Source: Eledone cirrhosa
Taxonomy: Eukaryota
DNA: 64,000 nucleotides
NCBI GenBank assembly: GCA_964016885.1
Contig: OZ024753.1
Span: 37,944,001 to 38,008,000 of the forward strand
Reading direction: 5' to 3'
This document shows, piece by piece, positions 57,775-64,000 of this stretch. The notes under the pieces were generated by a model. That model was not told where the DNA came from, made no database searches, and worked only from the letters and a program-made list of their open reading frames with translations. Position 1 is the stretch's first letter; the number at the start of each line of letters is the position of its first letter. The position numbers were made by a program, and so were the translations under genes.

Positions 57775-60414
57775 TATTGTGACACCTGCACTATCACTAT
57801 ATAGAGTGGACTGGGTGCTATTTATTGTGGCACCTGCACTACCACTATATAGGGTGGACTGGGTGCAATTTATTGTGGCACCTGCACTACCACTTATACA
57901 CACACACCCACACACATATGAGTGTACTTTACTCACTGCCTATCACCTGTATTTAACAGGGTATGTGTACCTCATGGGCAATGGGTGTTTGCCAAAGATA
58001 GGAACCAGTATTTGTAACAGACAAACGTGGGCAGCAGAAGTAATATCACATTAAAGATGTTTTGATATAAAATCTCAAAGTTGTTGGCATGAGACCAAAT
58101 CTGTGGGAAGCTGCTGTGTGGAAAGATAGGCTTCAATGACAAAATACCTATTTAATGGGAACAATTTACCCAACTACATTGATGGTGACACTGGGACAAG
58201 ATACCAGCAATTCTTAGTTCAAATCCTGACAGGACCAACTTTGTTATTTATCTCTCTGGGTCATAAGTAATATGTAAAATAAAATAAAGGTTCTTGTATA
58301 TAAAGTTGTAGGCATGGCTATGTGGTTAGGGGTGTTGCTATGCAACTATGTGGCTTTTGGTTCACTACTAAAGTGCACCACCTTTCTTCCACTATAGCCT
58401 TGGGTTGACTAATGCCTTAGTAGATGAACACTGAACACTGCAGAAGTCTATCATATATATATATATATGATGGAGGCACATGGCTTAGTGGTTAGAGCAT
58501 TGGCCTTGCAATCAAAAGGTTGTGAGTTCAATTCTCAGACCGGGTGATGTGTTGTTTCCTTCAGCAAGACACTTTATTTCACATTTCTCCAGTTTACTCA
58601 GCTGTAGAAATGAGATGATAGGGACTGGGGTCGCTATCATTCCACTGTAAAGTGGTCGTGGAGGTGCCACGGCAAAAAAGCACCCAGCACTCACTGTAAA
58701 TGAGGTTGGTGTTAGGAAGGGCATCCAGCTGTAGAAATCAAGCCAGAATCAGTTCCTGTCCCACCCTTGCAAGCAGGGAAAAGCGGACATAAAATGATGA
58801 TGATGATGTATGTATGTATATTTTATTATAGAAATGACTACTACAGGACTAGAACTGTTTCATTCATAAGAAATTATTAGGAAAGTTCTTATGAATGAAA
58901 CAGTTCTAGCCCTATAGAAGCCATTTATATAATAAAATCTATATGTCTATACTCTACTAATACACTGACTACCCTTTTTAACTGTGGTCACCTCCTGATA
59001 TACATTGGGAATATATATATATGAGTGTGTGTAGGTGTCATGACAAAAAAAAAGGGAAAAGAGAAAAAAAACACAGTCCACGCTGTAACGTGGTTGTGTA
59101 GGTAACACGGTAAAAAGCTCCCAGTCCACACTGTAAATGTGGTTGGTATTAGGAAGGGCATCCAGCCATAGAAAATCTGCCAGAAAGTCCTATACGAGTG
59201 AGACACGGTCACCTGACCAATCTTACCTCAAATGGGACAATTCTCGTCTAACCCATGCTAGCGTGGAAGATAGATGTTAAACGATGATGATATATGGTAA
59301 TGAAAAAGTTAAACTGTGATAATCTTGTCTAAGACATTTTAAGTCTATTAAATTTAAATAATGACTTTGTAGATATTAAATGCCAGAATTTTTTAATTTC
59401 ATTTAAATCAAAAACAACAAAAAACTCTCAAAATCTCCTCCCAAAACCCAAGAGAGTTGAAAACCATCTGTCTGTAATGAGATCCATCTCAAAATTGTCG
59501 GAAACAGGGAAGTGGAAGAAATTGGTATTTAGATGAAAAAAAGAGGGAACTATATTAAGAAATTAAAGGGAAAATAAATAATCTAGAAAGATAACAATAT
59601 CAAGACATTAACATATTTAAGAAAAAATAAAATAAAATAAAGAGAATAATGTTGAAATTGTTGCTGGGAAGAAAACTCTGAGGGCTGCTGTTAACAGTTG
59701 AACTCCATCAGTTACAAATTGTAAACCCCAAACAAAGAAACATCTGCTATTTCATTTAACACAACCAATGTTAAATGGAAAAATGTTGTGTCCATAAAAA
59801 TAAGATTATTTACATAAGGGGCTCTCATAATAGTTCAGTGGTTTATAAAGAAATAAGTATAATTTTTTTAAATCCTTTCTTTAAAATACTAGAGGGTCCC
59901 TTCCCTAATTTATGTAACAGTAACAAAGTCAATATTTAGGGATTTATAATTGTTTTTTTAAAGTATGTTATGTCAAAGCAATAAACAATATATGCATGTA
60001 ATCAAATTAAATATTCTAAAATGTGTTTTTATCCAACAATTATATAGACCCAGTGGTTTGAAAAGGTTAAAACCTCTCATCTGGAATGCCTATATCATCA
60101 TCACTATTATCATCACCACCATTATCAACATCATCATCATCATAAATCTATTTTCCATGTTTGCATGGGTTAGATAGGTTGTCACTTTCTGAGACCTGAC
60201 AGGTCAGATAATTGCATCTAGCTCATATGTTCCATTTTTGGCATCGTTTCTAAGGCTAGATGTCCTTCCTAATATCAACCACATCATAGCATGGACCAAG
60301 TGTGTTCTATTGCGGCATCACCACTAATTAATGAATAAATAAATGTACTTACTTAATTCATCCATAACTTTAGAATAAAGGGGATGGTCCCAGGATGTAC
60401 GTTCTGTCATACAA
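35937..60414 (-). CDS. Dystrophin-superfamily protein (dystrotelin/DAH-like; WW-EF-ZZ-coiled coil), multi-exon, 5' end not defined
   Basis: 16 GT-AG exons (62,75,205,86,80,78,112,55,112,140,202,92,178,577,72,119 nt) join in one frame to a TAA. Motifs TSWDHP, NNIRFAAYRTAMKLR, EPQTLVWLPTLHR and CSIC..YRCLKCFKFDICQQCF. Exon sizes mirror recalled human DMD exons 63-70. Confidence 0.9.
36343..36885. repeat. 31-bp intronic minisatellite
   Basis: TTACAGTTCAGTGTGTGGTCTACCTGGTCAT, about 17 copies. Confidence 0.95.
37664..37880. mobile_element. hAT-type MITE, diverged
   Basis: Ends CTGTGTTTTCCCAG / GGTTGAGAAACAATG with TSD-like ATCTAGAG/ATTTAGAG. Confidence 0.55.
38412..38483 (-). CDS. Putative 72-nt symmetric (phase 1-1) Ser-rich exon DKDGDSISSSSCSYFSADKDSSYS
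   Basis: Acceptor tactttctag, donor gtaaga, open in the required frame. Confidence 0.55.
38852..39428 (-). CDS. Large exon with NG[F/Y] repeats
   Basis: Acceptor ttcttgtag, donor gtaagt; 577 nt open; ends EEEMDKLVKKLERVFPQNHTYS. Confidence 0.8.
39658..39835 (-). CDS. Coiled-coil exon (NLYRQLAD...DDHNLRLNKQLNRVHVMLK)
   Basis: Resembles dystrophin helix 2 (LEDHNKQLESQLHRL); AG/GT boundaries, phase 2-0. Confidence 0.85.
40336..40427 (-). CDS. Coiled-coil exon (QELQKIIRDLESENR)
   Basis: Resembles dystrophin ELERILADLEEENR; acceptor ttcttcag, donor gtaact. Confidence 0.85.
40470..40720 (+). mobile_element. RTE LINE 3' remnant (intronic)
   Basis: RMRWLGHVLRK / RRGRPRKTW motifs. Confidence 0.6.
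40762..40963 (-). CDS. Linker exon (STTSTRRSTMYEEQ...HNCDK)
   Basis: Acceptor gttacag, donor gtagga; phase 2-0 keeps the frame. The donor position is less certain. Confidence 0.65.
41040..41452 (+). mobile_element. RTE-derived non-autonomous element/SINE variant
   Basis: GGTGTTAGGAAGGGCATCCAGC motif, GGACGTAAAAC end and (TGA)n tail. Confidence 0.7.
41778..41917 (-). CDS. Post-ZZ exon (ASTKQDMKAFLITVRNNL...KYLPV)
   Basis: Homologous to DMD exon 70 (TTSGEDVRDF...GYLPV); 140 nt; AG/GT boundaries. Confidence 0.9.
42170..42281 (-). CDS. ZZ domain exon 2 (YRCLKCFKFDICQQCFF...HPLKEFC)
   Basis: 112 nt, the size of DMD exon 69; donor gtaagt. Confidence 0.95.
42748..42802 (-). CDS. ZZ domain exon 1 (KHEVKCSICKDVPIIGFR)
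   Basis: 55 nt; acceptor tttcag, donor gtaagt. Confidence 0.93.
43168..43279 (-). CDS. EF-hand region exon (FYAWLYKEPQTLVWLPTLHR)
   Basis: 112 nt; together with the next exon totals 167 nt, the size of DMD exon 68. Confidence 0.95.
43395..43855 (+). mobile_element. Non-LTR retrotransposon remnant (R4/Dong-like)
   Basis: HPKVNIE*LYLPKYEKGRGLIQL, WQNKPLH and HQWL..SGLK.ET motifs. Confidence 0.55.
44069..44146 (-). CDS. EF-hand region exon (IPDSINEGIAYGG...ESCLQM)
   Basis: 78 nt; homologous to IPRQLGEVASFGG...RSCFQF. Confidence 0.9.
44387..44466 (-). CDS. EF-hand region exon (YFYEEIRDPSTFID...LMR)
   Basis: 80 nt; 80+78=158, the size of DMD exon 67; donor gtgagt. Confidence 0.88.
44480..45540. 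repeat. 44-bp intronic minisatellite
   Basis: ACAGACACATCTCTGTAAACAGATGGTCAACAGACAACATATAC, about 23 copies, abutting an acceptor site. Confidence 0.95.
46125..46497 (-). mobile_element. Non-autonomous RTE-derived element
   Basis: Close paralogue of 27148-27478; (TGA)n tail. Confidence 0.75.
46986..47071 (-). CDS. EF-hand exon (QRRGVVHALSVKTALAAMCGGQLGEKYK)
   Basis: 86 nt, the size of DMD exon 66; acceptor tttcag, donor gtatg. Missed by the ORF track. Confidence 0.93.
47624..47817. repeat. 58-bp tandem repeat copying the exon end and splice donor
   Basis: ACTTACCTGTCATATAGATT at 47624, 47682, 47740 and 47798. Confidence 0.9.
47804..48008 (-). CDS. EF-hand exon (DLVPLDKV...NFLLNLYDR)
   Basis: 205 nt (DMD exon 65 = 202 nt); motif LLNLYD. 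Confidence 0.93.
48885..49208 (+). mobile_element. RTE LINE 3' fragment
   Basis: WYGHV...KKCQEIPVEG..SRGRSKKTW followed by (GAT)n. Confidence 0.7.
49423..49767 (+). mobile_element. tRNA-derived SINE (family A) with RTE-derived 3' half
   Basis: A-box TGGCTTAGTGG, B-box GAGTTCAATTC, TCCTTGAGCAAGACACTT domain, RTE tail and (TGA)n. Confidence 0.85.
49944..50018 (-). CDS. Exon EFNNIRFAAYRTAMKLRFLQQKLN
   Basis: 75 nt, the size of DMD exon 64; hallmark dystrophin-family motif; tttcag/gtaagt. Confidence 0.97.
51545..52125. repeat. Diverged ~110-120-bp tandem/dispersed repeat
   Basis: AACATGATAGGACTGGGGCC..ATCATTAAAACA..AAGAAACCTCCTATGAGA units; inverted copies at 38600-38795 and 50220-50345. Confidence 0.6.
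54438..57725 (-). mobile_element. Full-length RTE-clade LINE, potentially active
   Basis: Uninterrupted ORF, (TGA)n 3' tail at 54438-54462, short 5' UTR; 5' boundary approximate. Confidence 0.93.
54464..57580 (-). CDS. LINE ORF: AP endonuclease + reverse transcriptase with PHD-like Zn finger (1038 aa)
   Basis: APE motifs TLNVG, VQEVRW, SVYAP, GDFNGH, IDFLL; RT motifs QFGF, FVDLEKAFD, HQGSVLSP, YADD, YLG; CSIC..CTQC..HKRC..CSRC finger. Confidence 0.95.
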   Translation of the reverse strand: MPKSLSAQQQNSIEKNMKTSHLRVATLNVGTLRGRSAEIAEMLERRQVDVCCVQEVRWRGASARLVVGKRLSYKLFWVGKDDGLGGVGIFLAEKWINKTIEVVRVSNRIIKLRLVVGRRLLTIISVYAPQAGLGKDEKDCFYEQLLQTTTMTEDGDIVMLAGDFNGHVGQLQDGYTGVHGGHGYGSRNEEGVRLLEFCDASTLTICNTNFQKPANHLITYKSGEHISQIDFLLVRQRDRQIVSNTKAYPGEECTPQHRLVVSDISVSKRWNEPYRKVWRRKVWKLKDLSLKFKFRKALQDVYDEKEDDLETYDIDNNWKFLRDNLLKATDETCGWSRAPTRQRVTWWWNSSVDKAIRDKRLAWKAWNKGGSREEYTATKREARRQVYLARREAESRRFANVLRREDQRRAVFHIARQCVNANQDVVGDKCVRDDAGVLSVTNDQKKEAWKCHYERLMNVENEWEREKLPLVDPTEGPAIEIDEYRVQEAIREMKNGKAAGPSGIVAEMLKASGDVGTKLVARIINQAIYGGVIPKDWCSSILINCYKGKGDALERSNYRGIKLIDQVMKVAERILAQLIRERVKLDEMQFGFVPGKSTTDALFLVRQMQERFLEKNKPLYLAFVDLEKAFDRVPRSVIWWSLRKLGVEEWLVRTVQTLYRGTLSKVRVGMEFSEEFQIQVGVHQGSVLSPLLFIIVLQAITEEFKTGCPWELLYADDLALMAESVEELENKFRLWKQQLEARGLRVNLAKTKVLMSRKEDKTLIPSGKWPCSICRKGTGINSIKCTQCRSWVHKRCSGIAGKLTGREKYVCSRCTGKLDSRSRTDRHIFQMREGAIEVVDSFRYLGDQISMGGGCSEAIVSRIRTGWKKFRELLPLLTKKGFSLRTKGRLYDACVRSAMLHGSETWAATAEDMRRLERNEASMLRWMCSVNVRERPSINVLREKLCLRGIECSVRERRLRWYGHVMRMEDDRWVKKCQEMPVEGRRSRGRPRKTWAEVVRTDLRSLKLTVEMTRDRDEWRDAVLNKTRPTLASREKRT
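57775..57895. repeat. 48-bp tandem repeat related to the RTE 5' UTR
   Basis: TATTGTGGCACCTGCACTACCACTATATAGGGTGGACTGGGTGCAATT x2.5; shares TGGACTGGGTGC with 57630-57642. Confidence 0.75.
58472..58808 (+). mobile_element. tRNA-derived SINE (family A)
   Basis: Near-identical to 49423-49767. Confidence 0.87.
58849..58909. repeat. Perfect 24-bp-arm hairpin
   Basis: CTAGAACTGTTTCATTCATAAGAA - 13 nt - TTCTTATGAATGAAACAGTTCTAG. Confidence 0.85.
59030..59291 (+). mobile_element. Non-autonomous RTE-derived element
   Basis: Reverse-orientation relative of 46125-46497. Confidence 0.7.
60353..60414 (-). CDS. WW C-terminal half exon (CMTERTSWDHPLYSKVMDEL)
   Basis: 62 nt, the size of DMD exon 63 (HETQTTCWDHP); tttcag/gtaagt. 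Missed by the ORF track. Confidence 0.92.
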
Positions 60415-60890
60415 CTGAAAGAAAATCAAAACAAAATGTGAACACATGAAAATACAAAATTTGTTTAGTTGGAGATGTGAAGGCTTTCATACAATCCAGT
60501 TAATTTGTCTGATAAAAGAATTTTTTTTACAGACCCAAGAAGGCTACAAGCCACTCTAATGGTATGGGAACTGAGAATGTAAAGATATCTAACTAAAATA
60601 TTACAAGAATTTAGTGAGACACTTTACCAATTTTATCAGTTTAGTGTTAGAGAAATAAACCACATGTAAGACACTACTATCTCTTATAGAAAACATATCT
60701 TGAATGTGCTTTTTTTCTGTTGAAATATATGATAATGAGAGATAGTAAGAAATGTTTGAGAGAGTGATATATATATATAATGGAAAAATTTGAACAGGAA
60801 CAAAACAGAGAGGCAGTACAACGAATGTTTATTAATTTCACGCTCTGGAGAGTGGGGTGGTGGTGAGAGAGAGAGTGATATATACATACA

Positions 60891-60934
<44 letters not shown>

Positions 60935-60939
<5 letters not shown>

Positions 60940-61060
60940 AACGAGTAGGACCCCGACGGCTGAGCTCAAGCCGTTTCGACGGCTAATTCTGGACTAATCC
61001 GTCCAGAATTAGCCTTCGAAACGGCTTGAGCTCAGCCGTCGGGGTCCTACTCGTTCCTAT
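60935..61060. repeat. Near-perfect GC-rich palindrome (60-bp arms, 6-nt loop)
   Basis: Arms 60935-60994 and 61001-61060 are reverse complements with one mismatch. Confidence 0.92.
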
Positions 61061-61137
61061 TACCCACTCTACTACCCTAAGTATTGAGTACTTTGGTGCG
61101 TTATGGTCCACCTGGTTCCTTACCACATTTCCTTCGT

Positions 61138-61174
<37 letters not shown>

Positions 61175-61424
61175 AGGAGTAGAATGAGGGAGGGTTTAGA
61201 GAGTTGGGTTTTGTGGATTATTGTTAATTTAAGATAACTGCTGTCAGAACTTCAAATTGACAAAAAAAAAAAAAAAGAAAAAAAAAGGCGAGTCACCCCC
61301 CATCCCCACCATCACTAACACCAACAGCAGAATGGTGGTGCTGGTGGGTTATTAGTAAAAGATTAATTCTGAGATAACAGTATTAAAACTGTGTGCATAT
61401 ATATATAAATATATAAACACACAC

Positions 61425-61542
<118 letters not shown>

Positions 61543-61641
61543 ACTGACACACCCAGTTTCAAAAATCTACTGTGACATATGGCTCTACCCGACACCAAGG
61601 TAGATTTGAAATATGACCCATGTGGATGTTGTTATATTATT

Positions 61642-62005
61642 GGTGGATTGGCAGTATCAGTAGAGGGTCGGACACCATGTTAGGGCGGTGGATTGGCAGT
61701 ATCAGTAGAGGGTCGGACACCATGTTAGGGCGGTGGATTGGCAGTATCAGTAGCGGGTCGGACACCATGTTAGGGCGGTGGATTGGTAGTATCAGTAGAG
61801 GGTCGGACACCATGTTAGGGCGGTGGATTGGCAGTATCAGTAGAGGGTCGGACACCATGCTTTGCAGCAAAGAGTTACGGTCCTTTATGGTCTGAGTTCA
61901 AATCCCGCCGAGGTTAACTTTGCCTTTCATCCTTACGGGGTCGATAAAATAAAGTACCAGTAATGCACTGCGATAATTGCTGGCCTTGTGACAAAAGTAG
62001 AAACA
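61642..62005 (+). mobile_element. SINE (family B) with its 45-bp head tandemly repeated x5
   Basis: GGTGGATTGGCAGTATCAGTAGAGGGTCGGACACCATGTTAGGGC x5, then B-box and core. Confidence 0.8.
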
Positions 62006-62017
62006 ATTATTACTATC

Positions 62018-62230
62018 ATTGGCAGTATTGGTAGAGCGTCAGACACCATGTTTTGCAGCATAGAGTTAAGACCCTTTACGTTCGGAATTCAAATCCCACC
62101 AAGGTCAACTTTGCTTTTTTACCCTTCCAGGGTTGATAAAATAAAGTACCAGTCCCGTACCGGGATCAATATGACTTTCTATTCCCCCAAGATTGGTTGG
62201 GGTGGGGAGGCTTTGTGTCAAAATTAGAAA
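62018..62230 (+). mobile_element. SINE (family B), second copy
   Basis: ATTGGCAGTATTGGTAGAG head; GATAAAATAAAGTACCAG core. Confidence 0.7.
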
Positions 62231-62562
62231 TAATTTATCAGCTTCAATAAAATAATAAAATAAAATAAATTTAAATAAAAACAAAAAAAATCAAAAAAAA
62301 AAAAAAATCAACCAAGATGAAAGTTAAGATAAATGATAAATGAAACAAACAGCTGTTAAAGTTTTAGTGATGAGGTTGAACATTTCTGACAAAGAAAGTC
62401 TTAAGGAATAACACCTAATTGTATGTTGGGTGTATAGCATGTGGTGTGTATGATGTGTAGTGTGTGTATATGATGTGTGCATAGGTGTATGTGGAAGATA
62501 GACGTTAAACGATGATGATGATGATAGTGTGTGTAGTACGTGTGAATGTATATATAGTGTGT

Positions 62563-63291
62563 GGAGGCACATGGCTTAGTGGTTAGAGCATTGGCCTTGC
62601 AATCAAAAGGTTGTGAGTTCAATTCTCAGACCGGGTGAAGTGTTGTTTCCTTGAGCAAGACACTTTATTTCACATTGCTCCAGTTTACTCAGCTGTAGAA
62701 ATGAGATGATAGCGACTGGGGTCCCTATCATTCCACTGCAAAGTGGTCGTGGAGGTGCCACGGCAAAAAAGTACCCAACACTCACTGTAAATGAGGTTGG
62801 TGTTAGGAAGGGCATCCAGCTGTAGAAATGAGATGATAGGGACTGGGATCCATATCATTCCACTGCAAAGTGGTCGTGGAGGTGCCACGGCAAAAAAGCA
62901 CCCAACACTCACTGTAAATGAGGTTGGTGTTAGGAAGGGCATCCAGCTGTAGAAATGAGATGATAGGGACTGGGGTCCATATCATTCCACTGCAAAGTGG
63001 TCGTGGAGGTGCCACGGCACAAAAGCACCCAACACTCACTGTAAATGAGGTTGGTGTTAGGAAGGGCATCCAGCTGTAGAAATGAGATGATAGGGACTGG
63101 GGTCCATATCATTCCACTGCAAAGTGGTCGTGGAGGTGCCACGGCACAAAAGCACCCAACACTCACTGTAAATGAGGTTGGTGTTAGGAAGGGCATCCAG
63201 CTGTAGAAATCAAGCCAGAATCAGTTCCCGTCCCACCCTTGCAAGCAGGGAAAAGCGGACGTAAAATGAAATGAATGAAATGATGATGATG
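62563..63291 (+). mobile_element. tRNA-derived SINE (family A) with a 127-bp internal segment x4
   Basis: AGCTGTAGAAAT at 62691, 62818, 62945, 63072 and 63199. Confidence 0.87.
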
Positions 63292-63439
63292 TGTGTGAGA
63301 ATACATAGTGTGTGTGTAGTGTGTATATAGTATGTATATATATATATATATAGTGTGTGTGTGTGTATGTATATATATATATAGTGTGTGTGTATGTATG
63401 TATATATATATATATATATATATATACATACATACAACT

Positions 63440-63880
63440 TATGTCAGGTCACCAGTTGGTGCTACTGGTAACATGTATCCCAGTACAACCTGTCTCATGG
63501 TCGGGTCGTTGGCGACTAAACTGGCAACCCCACCAAGGTTTCTTGGTGAGGAGGGTGACTTTGGACATCCTGCAGGACTAAAAACAAAACCTGTCAAAGG
63601 GCAAAGGAGCTCTTAAGAGTCAATGGCCATCCAAAATCACCGGGAGAGATGACCCCTTTAGCCTTAGTCAAGGCAGAATTCTAGGAGAAGGAAAACTCTG
63701 ATATAACACCTGCAACCCTGATGGTATCCAATGATGTTGACTTGTTCTTCTTTTTGGTAAATATCATCTTGGTTAAGAGAGTGGGACTGGCTTTGTGCAG
63801 TGCCTTTGCTCACTATAAAAGCTTCACGGCACAGGCATTGCTTTATATCTGGAGATCTCTCTGCACTTGTCCTCACATGG
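63440..63880 (+). mobile_element. Interspersed repeat, possibly a LINE 5' region
   Basis: Shares GAGTCAATGGCCATC...CTAGGAGAAGG..ACTCTGATATAA with 28606-28710. Confidence 0.45.
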
Positions 63881-64000
63881 GCCCAGCACTATGTGTCAAT
63901 AATTGTCCTACCATGGGCCTAGCACTATGTGTCAATAATTGTCACAGGTGTAGTGTTTGTACCAGAGGTTTCAAGTCGCTGGCTGGACTAAAAAGTCACA

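Overview
Eukaryotic, AT-rich, repeat-dense animal DNA. The SINE/RTE repertoire suggests an octopod cephalopod (inference). The only supportable host gene is on the minus strand (35937-60414): 16 GT-AG exons reconstructed by hand that join in one frame (about 747 aa; 5' end not located with confidence). It encodes a divergent dystrophin-superfamily protein, probably dystrotelin/DAH-like: half WW, EF-hand region, ZZ finger, coiled coils, an unusual NG[F/Y]-repeat insert and a conserved C-terminal helix. One intron holds an apparently intact RTE-clade LINE (1038-aa ORF), and tRNA-derived SINEs sharing its 5' UTR and 3' tail lie in the same and neighbouring introns. The left 28 kb is TE debris (Chapaev3 nested in an RTE, Penelope, Helitron, Gypsy, hAT MITE) plus a near-identical ~9.2-9.7 kb tandem duplication. 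Each duplicate carries a ~5 kb hairpin-forming 25-bp satellite derived from an 80-bp monomer and bracketed by a repeated module containing a splice donor. All coordinates were counted by eye and no database searches were run.
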